Assembly: GCF_037042905.1 (NCBI RefSeq)
Contig: NC_087251.1
Coordinates: 21,764,001-21,828,000, forward strand
Direction: 5' to 3'
DNA length: 64,000 bases
Source of the DNA: Lytechinus pictus
Lineage: Eukaryota
A program made the position numbers and the translations under genes. The notes under the pieces are model-generated. The model saw only the letters and a program-made list of their open reading frames with translations. It was not told where the DNA came from and made no database searches. How positions within the stretch are numbered: the stretch's first letter is position 1; the number at the start of each line of letters is the position of its first letter. Positions 12,651 to 26,407 of the stretch are shown here, in pieces.

Positions 12651-13527
12651 CTTACCTGTCTTACCATATGAAATACCATAAGATGTGAATCCATTCAATC
12701 AACTTTATGATCTTGAAGAATCCCCACTCTTTTCCATGAACATAAAATTCAAATTCAATGTAATGAGTCATTAATTCAGGGCTTAATTTCCTATTGAGGA
12801 TGGTTTATTCTTAGTAGAAGAAAAGAAAAAAGGAAATTAATGAACAATTAAAGAAGAAAAATGAAGTTGAAACATCAAGCAATATAAAAGAAAATTACAG
12901 AAGGAAATCACATATGAATAGATGTAAAGAAAATCACAAAATAATTAAGAAGGGGAAATGATTTAGAAGAATAAAATAATGATTTTGTTATGGATATATA
13001 TAGAAAGATAGTAAATGGTCAAGAATGACCTGCATGGATGACAGAGCTGACTCTGAAAAACATATATGACTCCTTTAGCAATAAGAGTGATCCAATTTGA
13101 TGATGTTGAATTTGTAAGCAGAAACCAACCATCTGGAATGGTGTGCATGGAAAAGATTATAGTTCAGAGAGGGAAAGGGTTAAGTACCTATATCGATTAT
13201 AACATCATAAGCTTGATCCTCTCTGTTTTCTGCTTTCACTTAATCTGTTGAGGCTGAGAACTGATTTAATTTCAAAATTGGTTGATATGGAAGGGGGCAC
13301 CAGAAAATGTGAATCCATTCAATGAACTTTATAATCTTGAAGACCCGCCCCCTCTCCCCTTACTCTGAATCTAACAAGGCATAGCCTTCATTTGTAGTGA
13401 TTCACATTTCTCTAGTGAGTATGAGTTCTTGTATTTCTTTATGATTATTATTACGTACTTTGAAGCAGTATAAGTTTGTAATTCAGGAGAGAAATGATTT
13501 AGAAGAAAAAGTAATGAATTTCTTATA

Positions 13528-13804
13528 CAGTTGAGGCCAGAAGTTTACATACACACAGGAAATTCAAAGAAAAGTTGGCACTTGCCAAATATCTTAAAAT
13601 TTACTGTATCTTATAAAATATTTGTGCTATTATGACAAATTTTATATAAAATTGAGTACGTCATCCCATCTTTCATTTGATACCAAATTTGTAATGGTAG
13701 TACATGTATTTATATTTCTGAAGATGTAATGATTTTATGATGTTTGGCAAGCGAACAAATTTCACTGAATTCCATGGGTGTATGTAAACTTTTGGCCTCA
13801 ACTG
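13528..13804. mobile_element. Tc1-like MITE, 277 bp
   Basis: TA|cagttgaggccagaagtttacatacac ... gtgtatgtaaacttttggcctcaactg|TA; the imperfect TIR extends ~65 bp. Confidence 0.88.
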
Positions 13805-14127
13805 TATATATATCAATCTTGGCAATGTACGTGTATGGGTCTCCTTCATAATTATGTTTGAGATCAAGATATTACTTTCTTCTTCTAAGTCATTTATAGT
13901 ATTAAGATAAGAGAACAAAGGGTAATTATTATGATTATTGAGATGGATTCTTTTATTTCTTTACAATTATTAAATATTTTGTAATTTGAAGCAGTATAAG
14001 TTTATAATCATTAAATTGTGCTTCTAAAACATTGATGAAGTCTTATGATAGATGGGTTCCAATATTGATTTCTTACAGCCAGAGAGATGGAACAAAGAAA
14101 GTGTGTCCTTGTATAGTACATTATTAA

Positions 14128-14699
14128 AGAAAACCAAAACCCAAGAAGAGAAGCAATCTTATTGGAAAGAGTAAAATGAGGGGAACAATTTAAAAAGTTT
14201 CATCAAAATTGGTTATGAAATAAGCAAGATATGGACGTTTAAAAAGTCTTGTACTTTCTACGGGGATCCTCAATTGGCAAACGTGCTTCAAAATGGCTGA
14301 TTTTGTGGACAATTCTCCATTTTTTGTTTCGTACACACATTTTCAGATCTTCCATTTTATTTAAAATATTTCACATTATCTCCTCCTGACCTTGACTGTG
14401 GTGTGAATTATATTTTCCCATGACATATGTTGTGCTCAGAAGGAGGCAAGATGCAATTTGAAAGAAAAATGAGGAAAATCTGAAAATTTGTGTATAAAAC
14501 AAATGGAGAGTTGTCCACAAAATCAGCCATTTTGAAGCACGTTTGCCAATTTGAGGATCCCTATAGAAAGTACAACAAGACTTTTTAAACGTCCATAACT
14601 TGCTTATTTCATAACCGATTTTGATGATTTTTTTAAAATTGTTCCTCTCATTTTACTCTTTCCAATAAGATTGCTTCTCTTCTTGAGTTTTGGTTTCCT
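14128..14699. mobile_element. Long-TIR (~220 bp) TTAA-type MITE (Kolobok-like)
   Basis: ttaa|agaaaaccaaaacccaagaagagaagcaatcttattggaaagag... is mirrored by ...ctctttccaataagattgcttctcttcttgagttttggtttcct|ttat. Confidence 0.85.
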
Positions 14700-16863
14700 T
14701 TATTTGCATCATATTGTAGATTATCTTTCCTTTAATAAAACATTATCATCAAATCGTTGTAGATTAATTCAGCACTTTTGGATGTGTTTAACAAACATGG
14801 AACACTACACAATCATATTATGCAACCAGGCTGACAATCTCATGAATGTGCCAAAGATAAAGCATATATGGATAACTCTCATGTTGTGTTATTGTCAGAA
14901 TTATTAGAACATCGCATTCCCATTATTTTACTATTTTACTCTACTTATATAAGGTTCTATGAAGATATTTTCATTCAAAAATACATTTTTTATGAAATTT
15001 CTTTTTAGGGATAATACAACCATATAGAGCTATTGTAATTTACAAAAAGTTGGCTCACACAGGAAACGAACTAGAAGTAAACATTACTTTAATGATAATT
15101 TCTTGTAATTCATTTGTTATGGGAAGCTTTGTAGAGAATATCAGTTATTTATTTTGAAACCAGCATCTACATGTACATGTAATTTTAAGGAATGTTTAGT
15201 TGTTGGAAAGATGAAGAAAGAAAGGTCTAAGTTCTTCAAATAGCCTCATATCATAAATGAGAGAAAATGGTAGATTTAGTGTATTGCTCCTCCCAGTAGA
15301 ATCGAGTCAATTTCTTTATGATTTATTTGAGAGTTATTCCAATGACTGAATACAGTGAGTGTGCACCAGTTTTTCTCTGCATTTTGGTTGTGTTTCTAGG
15401 CAAACAGCCAGAGACAATGCAATTTCAACGACTGACATGGGTTATGGGACTAAAATCGAGATCATCCAAACTTTTAACACCAGTAACCTCTGTGGTTGTT
15501 CATGAAATTAAACTTGCAAGGGATCTTTATTCATTTTTATTGTGTTCTTCTTTATTGCATTTTGTACCTGCTGAAACTGGTGCCCCGTGCATAAGCCCCT
15601 TGCCCATAGTGTATGCATAAGTACACAAATTATTTAGCTTAAATCCAATGTACCATATATATCTTAGTTTCCTCCAACTCGCCACCAGAACATAACTCTA
15701 AAAATTCTCAGATGCTTTCAAAGTTTCAATTTTGATTTTGATAAAATAGTTTATGAAGAATGGATGAAAACTGAGTATCATTTTCACAGACATATTAGTA
15801 ACCTAGATGTTTGGAGCTGACAGAGATTCATTGGAGAAGGCAATCCTTGCCTGACTTCATGCCAATGTCGTGATCGATGTCGTGTTCCACTTTCATCTTC
15901 TCTCAGAAGTCGTTGCATTGTGTTTACTTCTCTCCCAAATCGAGATCAGTTCTTGGTTTTGTTTCATACACCGAGCTATCAAGTTTCTTGAAAGGGGGAT
16001 GTAGCTCTGTGTTATCATCAAGTCAAACGTGATGTAACACCTCCAGCCTAGTGCTGTCTGCCTCTGTCTCATTGCACTCATTTTCTTCTTTGGTTCCACG
16101 ATTATGCTCTTCATCGTGTTCAGGGTCGGATTACGGAAGGAGGTCGTGATGTTGTCTGACAAAATCCTCTGCACTTTTTTCATAATATCTGTGTAATTAG
16201 GGAATGGGAAGATCTGTTCACGGAGGGCAATATTAAGTTAATCTTGTTTTGTGGATTATTGCGTCTGAAATCAAGAGTATTTTGTGAGCCTGAAACTTTC
16301 AAGGATAGCAGCTGTATTGATATTTTATTTTCTTGTAGCATTTATGAGGGAAAAAATATTGATGTTCATCTCCTTACAATCTTGAAATAGTTGTGTGCTG
16401 TGACATTAAAGTCTAAACGCATTTTGCTCTGTCGTTTGACTTTATCTGTAATTTACAATCTTAGGATTTATAAATGGAGAATTCAATGTTTAGATATTTT
16501 ATGAAGGCGTAGTACATGTACACCTTCATGTAGCAGCCATGTATATCATTGGCAATTATTTAAGCAGTATTATACTAAGAAAATAGGAAATATAAAAAAT
16601 GTGCAGTTACCGCAAAATATCAAGATAGATGAATGAAAGATATATTGATCATAAATGGTTATATATTCATGATTATGAAATGAATTATATATTGTAATAT
16701 TCTTTTATGGTAGTGATATTTTTAAGTGATACTATACATTCACAAATCATATTCATCTTACTAAATGATCCAATATGCTATTTTTTTTTGGGGGGGGGCA
16801 AAAGGGCATAAGTTTCATATACTATTCTGTATGTTTTATACACTGTATACTGAAAACACTTTT

Positions 16864-17478
16864 TTTATAAGCACGTCCTAGACAGGACGTATTATGGTAT
16901 CAAGCTCGGTGTCCGTCCGTCTGTCTGTCTGTCCGTCCGTTAACTTTTCCTTGTACACGCGATAATTTCAATTTGACTTAGCCTAGGCTCATATAATTTG
17001 GTGTGTAGATACTAGCATGGATCCCAGGAAGTCTATTGATTTTGAGGTCAAAAGATCTAGGTCAAGGTCACACTGACATGTTTTCATCTTACCCTTCTGC
17101 AGTCCTTGTAAACGCGATAACTTCATTGTAACTTAACCTAGGCTCATATAATTTTTGTGTGTATGATACTAGTATGGATATCAGGAAGCCTATTGAATTT
17201 GAGGTCAAAAGTTCAAAGGTCAAGGTCACAGTGACTTGTTTTCATCTTACCCTACTGCTGTTCTTGTAAATGCGATACGGTAACTTCAGTTTAACTTAAC
17301 CTAGGCTCATGTAATTTTGTGTGTATCATACTAGCATGGATCCCAGGAAGCCTATTGATTTTGAGGTCAGAAGGTCAAAGGTGAAGTCACCACCTTTCAC
17401 TTTTCTTGCTTGACCAATAACTCCATTTTCCGCATTACAGGCGGGTGTATTATGTGCTCGCCTTAGCAACACTCTTGT
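16864..17478 (+). mobile_element. HINE/Helentron-like element with (GTCC/GTCT)n and three ~155-bp core repeats
   Basis: T-run flank, 5' hairpin acgtcct-agac-aggacgt and gtccgtccgtctgtctgtct microsatellite. Cores start at ~16950, ~17105 and ~17263. Ends ...ctcttgtt. Confidence 0.8.
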
Positions 17479-18490
17479 TCTTTATGTATTACAAGAAGCG
17501 TAAAGCCAGAGCAAATAATTTGAATATTTGAAATACATGTTCATGTACACTGTAGGAGGTATTGTAAAGCATGCAATATCATTAGAGAATGATTTGCGTA
17601 TTTCCTATCGCTGCTTTTAAAAACATGTAATTTGATGATTTTTTCGTCAATGGTATGGTTACATGATTTATCTCTGTTCATAAAAAATACTTGATGCTTG
17701 GACTCAGCCTGTTAACCAAATAAAAAATGTAGTAGGTGATAAAGAGACAGAAAGAAATGACAAAAGGAGAAAGAAAAAGAGTTAGAGGGAGAGGGAAAGA
17801 GAGAGAGAGAAAGGTGGGGGAAATGTTTTGCGAAGAAGTGTGACATTTACTTCTTTGATTTCTTTCCAAATCTAGGCCAAACAGTACAAATTAGAATGCA
17901 ACAATTGTAGTCAACTCTGCAGATGGATGAAATATGATAGTTGAAGTGAGCAACGGGGTTTGCTTAGAGTAGAGCTAGCCGGGGCGGGCCGGCTGGCTGG
18001 TATGGTTGAAGAAGGGTACATACATGTAGGACTCCTAGGATATTACAATGCCAAATTACTAGAACTTAATAACCAGTAGGTTAAGGTGCGTTTATGCCTC
18101 ATTTTAGAGGCAGAATGTACGTTTATGAAACTCAGAGTGTAAAATGAGACTGGAAACGCCATTTATAGTTGTGTGATTTTTTCATCCTCAGCTTTTATGG
18201 GCTTGATTGAGTGCTGGCCAACAAGGACCGGAGTAAAAACTCATTAGTTAAGCCATGTCTTCACCTAAAATTTTTCTTTACTCACCTTTATTTATAATGT
18301 GCAGTGCTTAGAAACATATATTATTATTGCCGTGCACTTTACATCAACATTGATACAAAAGTGAGAACAAATGCAACAATGTTTTGAAAAAAAAACCCAT
18401 TTCATATAGGTATTCTGAATTTCTGACACTTGTGTGCATAAGTCCATGCTTTCAAGAAGTATATACACTCTATAGTAGTGGTTAGAATTA

Positions 18491-18551
18491 GAATCGGACC
18501 CGGGTCACCAGAATCCGAAACCCCCTCTACCGACTGAGCTATCGCACCTCC
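18491..18551 (-). mobile_element. tRNA-derived SINE head fragment
   Basis: Reverse complement reads ggaggtgcgatagctcagtcggtagag...ccgggtccgattc (A box and degenerate B box); no complete cloverleaf. Confidence 0.55.
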
Positions 18552-19237
18552 CTATAATACCATGAAAAGCCACTAAATTTTTATCATGCATTGTACATGT
18601 ATTCTAACAGCATGTCGTGGCCCAAAAATCGAGTTGAACAGTTACTGCAAGTTCGGACATAAATAGGTTAGCTTTTGCAATCATCTTGTGAATATACCAT
18701 ATTGGTGTAGGTTTCCAAGTTAAAGGAATTTCTATATTTTACATTTAATAAAAAATATTCAAGTACAAATTATGTAATATAATTCATTTATTATTTCTTA
18801 ATTAAAGTAAAATCTGTTGTACAAAGCTGAAGAGTCTAATTTCAAAGAGTACCAGAAGCCTACATGTACTAGAAAAAAAAATCAATACATGATAATCTTT
18901 GAATTAGAATTCAAAACTTGGAGAATAGTCTCACAATTATATTCAATATAGCAGCTTACATTTAGGTAAATTTAAAAAGAGGCATAATATCCAGGAATCA
19001 TGGAATTTTTGAGGTGGACAGAGTCAGTGACTTAAAACAGAGAATGTTCATGAACATAGTGAAGATAAAGCATATTAGGATGAGGAGGATTTTGTAAGTA
19101 AGTGAGACAATGATCAGCATACATATAGTATATAGAAGCTTACATGTATGTCCTGATGTAAATATTTTTTAATTGTTCTGTCAAGCATACATCAGGTTCC
19201 TTTCTTGATTTATGAGATTATATTTAACAATCCTGGG

Positions 19238-19436
19238 CAGGGACGTATCCAGGGTTTTCCTGATGAAAATTTGACAAGCAAATAGAAAAAATTGGTCTTC
19301 ACTTTCAAAGGGGGGGGGGGCACACTTGGGTAAAAATGCTATACTTACATTACATATTTTGATTATGGCTCTCAAAGGGAGTGGGGGGGGGGGGCGGGGG
19401 GTATGGGCCGGCTGTGCCCCCCTGGATCCGCCACTG
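19238..19436. mobile_element. hAT-like MITE, 199 bp
   Basis: TIR cagggacgtatccagg / cctggatccgccactg; perfect 8-bp TSD atcctggg at 19230-19237 and 19437-19444. Confidence 0.9.
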
Positions 19437-21598
19437 ATCCTGGGATATGAAGACTAATATCGGTGTGAGTTTCCTGTAAATTGATACCTCACAGCTTTTG
19501 CAGAAACTCAAACAGATAAGATTCATTTATGTATTGAAAGAGGAATTAAAACATTATTATTGAACTAATATTCATAGAGTTAAATGAAAAATTGTTCTTT
19601 CATTCTGTCCAATGATGCATGATGTTCAAAACGGGGAAAAAAACATGAATCAAAATCTAAAAATACATTGTAAGGACCAAGCGTTTGCCCCCCCCTTGCC
19701 ATTATGTACCTGCACCCTTAAGATAGTATGATAAATAATATTCATTTGTTTTCTTGGGTTGCCATGCAGTCAAACCCCTGCAGCCTTCTAAAATCACTTT
19801 GTAATAAAAAGTAAAATTTTGTTCAATTACATGTATTTGTGTATTTTCTTTGTAAATTTGTTTGTCAAAAAGTTGCAGAAATCAATAAATGAAATGAAAT
19901 CAAGCAAGAATATATTCCTATTAGATATTTGCAATTTATTAATAAAAAGAAGGAGAAGTACCATGAAGCAACTGTTTCACATTTCAAATTACATGGAGCT
20001 GCTATTTTTATGTTATTCAAAGCCTCTGTATGGTCAAGACAGTCTAGTGAATACTTTGGCTCCTATTCCAAATGTTTTTTAATGACAAAAATATGCTTCA
20101 AAGGCAACATTAAATGGAAGGAGTGAATTGATGGATGTTTAGTTTTGTCATAATGTTGCACAATTACTTACATTTCTGAGAAAATTAAAACTGAACCAAT
20201 ATTTTGTAAGGAATGACAAGCATGTACATACACTTATTATTCTTAGGTTGTCAGTTTGTCATGATCAATACAAAATGATGTATTTGGATTATCTTGATTA
20301 TATCTACTCTTCCTTCAAAATTATACAGAATAAAAGGTGTGTAAGGACTGATAGAGAAATATGCTGCGCTCATAATGATGAAAAAAAATATATAATCATG
20401 CTTCATCCACTCAACATGTTTGCCAAACAATTTTGCTATGATAAATTACTTTCGCTTCGGCCGTTTAGCCAACATCATTAATGTCTAATATTAGATACCA
20501 TTCTCTGGTGAATTGCAAATATGCTTCTTTTTTAGTGAAAGGGTAGTCAAATCCTTCATCTTACTTAAATTTTGTTAGTTCATTCTAGGGAAGATTGTTA
20601 AGAATATCAATGCAAATTGAGTGATAATCTTTGAAGATGTCAGTTTTTAATGTAACTTTTTAAGCACTTCTATGCTGGTTGCTTTAATCACTATAGCAAC
20701 ATATTTTCAGTTGATTATCTTTGAAAATTGGTGGATAAACCCATATCCTTATAAAGTTTAGTTAATATCACCATTCACCAAATTGAATTGTTACCTATGA
20801 ATATTAACTCACAAAATGCCATTAGAAATGTCATCATTAATATGCCAACTGTAGTTTTAAGGTTCAAGTAGGGTAAGACTTCAGCTTTTCTTGAGAGTAT
20901 GTTTGTAACGTTTTGAAATAGATTCGTCAGTGTGCTTCTTTATTTTACTTAAAGGATAGAAAAAAAGCAAAGGATAAAAAATATTGAAATTTTTAATTAA
21001 AAAAACAACAAATATTCTAATGATCAGAACACATGTTTAAAAATATATATATATACCCATCAGCTGTCTGAGATAATATAAAGGGTATCAAATAATAGGT
21101 TGCAAAAATAAAAGCAGTAAAACTATGGCAATGTTCCATTGTTTATCATCTTAAAAAAGATAATTGCGGAAAGCCTAATTGCATGTACCACTGTGTATCA
21201 ATGTCTGTGGCTGCCTGTCAAGCCATGTAAAAATAGTTGTCTGTTCCCGGATTTTATAAGTCTTTGCTTATTTGATTTTAATGGCATTTGGGAGTGAATA
21301 GTGGGCTGTTTATGTATCTTAGAATTGTTCGGAAGTGCAGTATTGTTGCTTGATTCGCTTGTACAAGTTTGAATTGTACAGCCCTCGAAATTCCCTAGAA
21401 ACTGATCCTCTACCCAAAATCCCCTCAACTACACATACACCACTTAAGATTTTGATTTGATTTGATGTGATTTAGACAAATATAAAATAGCATGTCTGGG
21501 GAGACAAAGGTTAAATAACCTGTACATGGAATGCTCCCCGGAAAAACCATACAGAAATGAATAAACATCAATATTCAAACATACATAATATGTGTATA

Positions 21599-22582
21599 CA
21601 GTGCGTATCAAAAAAAAGTTTACACTTAGAAAAAATCATGTAAAATTATACATTTGTAATATCCTGAAGACTTTTCCACATTTTAACATTGGTACAGATC
21701 CATTTAAGCAAATGACGATATAACTGACGAAAAATATTTCCGCTTGAGTGAGCACCACTTACTTTTGAAAAGTTAGTGTAAAATAATTTGCGCAGAACCT
21801 TGAAATAGTAACTGCGAATAAAAGTTGACCTTAATCATGAAGAACATGTGGAATTCAGCTAGTAAAATTGATTTGAAGATATCTTTTACTTTGTTAATTT
21901 TGTTTCCTTGCCCAGAACACTTCGAAGAGTGCATTACGCCCCTCCCCACTCCCCCACACACCGAGGCCAATGTGACGATATTTGCTTTACACTGAGCTGT
22001 GATTTACATGAAATGGCTAAGGCTTGATTTTCATTTTATTAATCATTGTCAAGCTTTGAAAAAGTGGGGAGAAACAAGTATAAAATGAAAAATGAAATGT
22101 AAACCCACTTTAAATGATAAAAACTTCGTGAAAAAATGCTGAAGATGACTGATATAAACTTTTGTTCAGATTCAGTTATGTCCTCAGATCCAGCTGGCAC
22201 AAAAATGGTAAAGGTTGTGCTTACTAAGTGTTGAAATTTCAATTTGGGTGGCAAAATTGTTACAAAATGCTTAAATGTATCCGTTTTATTTCAATTGACT
22301 AAAAGTGCAAGGAAAAAGTAGGAGAAATGTTTCGCAGGTAAGTTTGACTTCGCCCTTTCCCATTGACACAGCGTGAAAACAAGCATTTCTGCGCAAACAG
22401 ATTTCTGCGAGCTTTACAAAAATGGACAGTGCTCACTCAAGTGTAATATTCTGTCAAAACTTTTACTTTCATTTGATAGATGAGACCCAAACCCAAGATT
22501 ATATGTGAAAAATTACCCACATGTTGCATATAATTTAATTCCCAGGGCTTTTTCAAAGTGTAAACTTTTTTGATGCGCACTG
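21599..22582 (-). mobile_element. Tc1/mariner-like MITE family A, copy 2 (complete)
   Basis: TA|cagtgcgtatcaaaaaaaagtttacact ... agtgtaaacttttttgatgcgcactg|TA. Confidence 0.93.
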
Positions 22583-25559
22583 TATAATAAACATAAGTAA
22601 AACACATAGTATGATTAAACATTAAAAGCATCGGATGATTGAGGCTAAACAAATCTAGTGATTTTGAAAGATGAGAAAGGGTGTGAATATCAGCGAGAGG
22701 CATGGGAACTGGCATGAGGAAGAGAAGGCCGAATAAGCTCAGGAGGAAGCAGTCGGTGTATACATGAAATAATGCAAAGATGTACAACTCTTAAACCTCA
22801 GATAAGTCATCTTTGCGAGAAGTTGAGAGGATTGAAAGCATGATGTTTACATCATACCATGGAAATAAATTACTCACATTCTTAACACAATTGCCGAATA
22901 CACTGTGCAATATAAACTACACAATTTTAATTGGAAGTGAATGTTGGTTCTTTCATTTTGATTGTCTAAAGTTATACACATATTTCTTCAATTCTTTGAA
23001 AGACCCATTTCTCTGACCATGTGTTTCTATTGGACTTGGCTGGAATGTGATAATGAACAAATGGACATGTGAAATTCCATTGATATATATTATTCAATTT
23101 GAGATTAATAAAACAGTGATGAATTTTTGAGGCAGAGTGTTTATACTTTATCAAAAAGCTAAACAGTGCTGTGGTTTATTGCTTCTTAGAAAAAAATGTA
23201 AGAACCCAAACATCATGCTCCCATGCGTGGGAAGATGATATCCCATGGTCAACAATCTATCTGTTCCGCAGGTGAAATCATCTCCTGGAATCGTGTTGAA
23301 CATTATTTCAGTGACAGACGGGCGTGACTCTGGTGCAGTTTGATCACACCATCTAACGGGTTTGTTGGGCTATCTCATCATAAACTCATAACACGTCCCC
23401 GCTATCATCGGCCCCGTGACTATTGGTGTCTCTCCTTTTGTGTCTTGCCTGCCATGGTTTCCCCTCCATGTACTTCATCATTTTCGTGAGATTTCTTCCC
23501 ACATGTCTTCCTCTATATGTGTGTTGGCCTATTCTCCCTGCTGTGTCTCCACACCTTGTCTCCTCTTGGAGATCACCCCTCCCCTCCCCCCTCTCTCTCT
23601 CTCTCTCATAACTAACTGTAGGCCTGCCAAATGATTATTAAATAATCTTGAATTAGGTTAAACGTCACTGACTTGCCGGTAGGTAATTTGCTGCATCAAT
23701 CAAATTAGCCAGTGAACATGAATGAATGGCTGAATTCAGAGATACGAGGAGGGATGCGCCGGGTGATGACAATTAAGAGCTATATTGCATTCATTCGTCA
23801 TGCATTATGCCTTTCCTTTATGATATTTGCCTGCTTTGCATTATTTGTGTTCTATTTCTTCCATCTCCTATAAACCTTTCAGCAAAACAACACTGACATG
23901 ATATGTTGTTATCGTTTAGGCATTCACTTATAACCCCATCAATAAAATACCAGTATATTTGTTTCCATGATTGCCCATCTCCTATGTAAATATCTTCTAT
24001 TTCTTCTGTCTTTTTTGGATATATCCATTTGACCTACTGGCTGTTGCCCTATTAAGGTGATATTTAACCTTTCTGCAAACTTTCCTCTTGGTGGAATCCT
24101 GCTTAAATGTTACTTATATTGTTCTAGGCAATACTTGTTTTCAAACTTGATTGATTTCATTTTATAAGAAGTTGGAGAGCTTTGGATCACATTTGAAATG
24201 TAAATACAACTGCTAAAATATAATGGAGTAGTGAATTTCAAATATTAAATGTTACTTTAGGAGACAAAGAACCCCTTGCCTTTTTTATTGTTCTTTCCTC
24301 TTTAGTTTCACCACTTATTACTTTAATTTCAGTACTTATACTTTTCATGTAGATCAAGCAACCCTCTAGGAGCTGCAAATTTGACATATCTATAACTCAT
24401 GGGCTGTTTGTAGATAGAGGTGTATATTAAAAAAAAAACAGATTGACTGGTGTTGTGTCATATATACGTCAAATATTTTCAGTACTTGGGTGTTTGACAC
24501 AAAGAGCGTTATTCTGATAATTAAATTTAGGTCTAACCCTAGTCTTAACTAGAATTTTAAACCAGACTTCGATGGAATGCTGCATTGGGCTTCATAATAT
24601 TTCTTCCATATTTGTGGCAATTATAGTGTATCAATAAAATCATTAAACTTCACAATATTTTAGTATTTTCCTATTTTTCCCATTTCACATCTCAATTTTT
24701 TGACAACTTTTTTTAGCAGGATAAGAATGATTTTAATTGTTGAATAAGTTGACAACTCTGGCACTCTATGAAAGTGTGGCCTAAGTTAACCCAGGGATAA
24801 CTAAACCATGGCTATCAAAATACCGCCCAAAGGGTTAAAACACAGAGTATCAAGTTTATGAAGAAATAAATGAGTAAACAAATTGTAAAACTGACATTAA
24901 GATGTCTTTTTCAAGTCTTGATAAATCGCCCAGTGCATGAAAAAGTGTGCTATAAAACTGCTATGCTTTTGATGATAAAACAAAGACATATTTCAGTTTT
25001 GTTTTTTTGCAATATCACATGAACTTTTTTATGGATGCCCAATCCAAATGAAAATATCTGCATAATTTTTTTTCTTTTTGATATGAAAACACTTCTCAAT
25101 TATGAAATAGGCTGAACTTTCCGGATATGAACTATGTAAGTAGTTTTCTGATATAAAATGTAAAAAAAGGGTTTAAACTCTCATTTTCCTATTAGAGATA
25201 AAAATAACCAGTGAGAGTAAATATAAAATACCAGTAAGAATCAGCAGCTGAAAAACCCCCTCTAAAGTTCAAAGAGTAATATACCTAGAACGGAGCAAGA
25301 GGTGAATTACAAGCAAGCCTGCATGGATCATACTGATATAAAGTCTCTTATCATCAGAATGAGTTAAATGTCATTAAAGTCGCTTTCATCAAACTCCAAT
25401 TAGTGCCCTCATCAGTTCGACTCCAGTGAGGTGGCACAAATATTTGATTTGAAGAAATTTCTTGTGAGTTTTGCCGGTTAGGTATCATAATACAGCATAT
25501 AGATTATTATCTCTCCGTGTTTGCCAACTCTAAGGTAAATGGATTTCATTGTTGAAGAG

Positions 25560-26020
25560 CCTTCACTCTATCTCCCTATCAGTCTTCTTTCTTTTGTCTC
25601 CTCTTCTCTATTTGATCTGTGTTTGTTTATAACTCTCATCTCTCTTAGTCACTTGTTCTCTGTATTTTTTCTCTCCTTCCTTCCTCCCTATTCCCCTCAT
25701 TATTCTCTCTGGTCTTTCAACCCTCTTCTCTTCTCTCCCGGTCTGCTCTCATTTCTTCCCTTTTCATTACCATTTGTTCTTTAATTTCTTCATTCATATA
25801 TCTTCATTTTACTATCTTCCTCTTGTTTCTTCACCCATGGACCTGCTTCACCTACCTATTTATATTCTTTTTATCCATCTTGTCCTTTCTCCTTTTCTTT
25901 ATCTGTCTTTTGCACCCCTTCCTTACCTCTTTCCCTCTGTGTCTTTTTTCTCTTTCTTGCTTTGCACCATCCTTATTTCCCCTCTCTCTCTACCCATTCT
26001 CCACCCCCCCCTATTTTCTC
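25560..26020 (+). repeat. Pyrimidine (CT)-rich low-complexity tract
   Basis: Nearly all C/T; source of the spurious F/S/L/P-rich ORFs. Confidence 0.75.
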
Positions 26021-26407
26021 AAATTTAAAAATTCAACTTCATGTGTACACCAACCATAATCAGGTATTGTTCTCTGGGCCTTTTGAAAAAATATTCTGAG
26101 GAAAATGATGTGAAAAAATACTGTTTGTTTGACATGCTATTATTCTTGACCAGTAAATACTGGGTAGTATGTTTTATATTCAGGACTGAATAAATGAAAT
26201 GAAATATTTCCAGATAAACTGGTACTAGGGCTAATTTACTTTTAATGCCATTGCTGGTACAAATCAGAGTTGGAAAGGGAATATCATTTTCGATTCTTTA
26301 ATTCAATTTTTCCCTCCAATGAAAAACAAATATATGTACATCCTTTTTTTATCTTGACAATTTCTTTACTTATTGATTTCATCGAAATTGTCTACTTCAT
26401 GGATATA

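Noticed and set aside
12300..12698. 132-aa hydrophobic ORF resembling a membrane protein
   Set aside because: Translation of a GA-rich low-complexity tract.
25539..26059. Three overlapping F/L/S/P-rich ORFs
   Set aside because: The pyrimidine tract lacks stop codons by composition.
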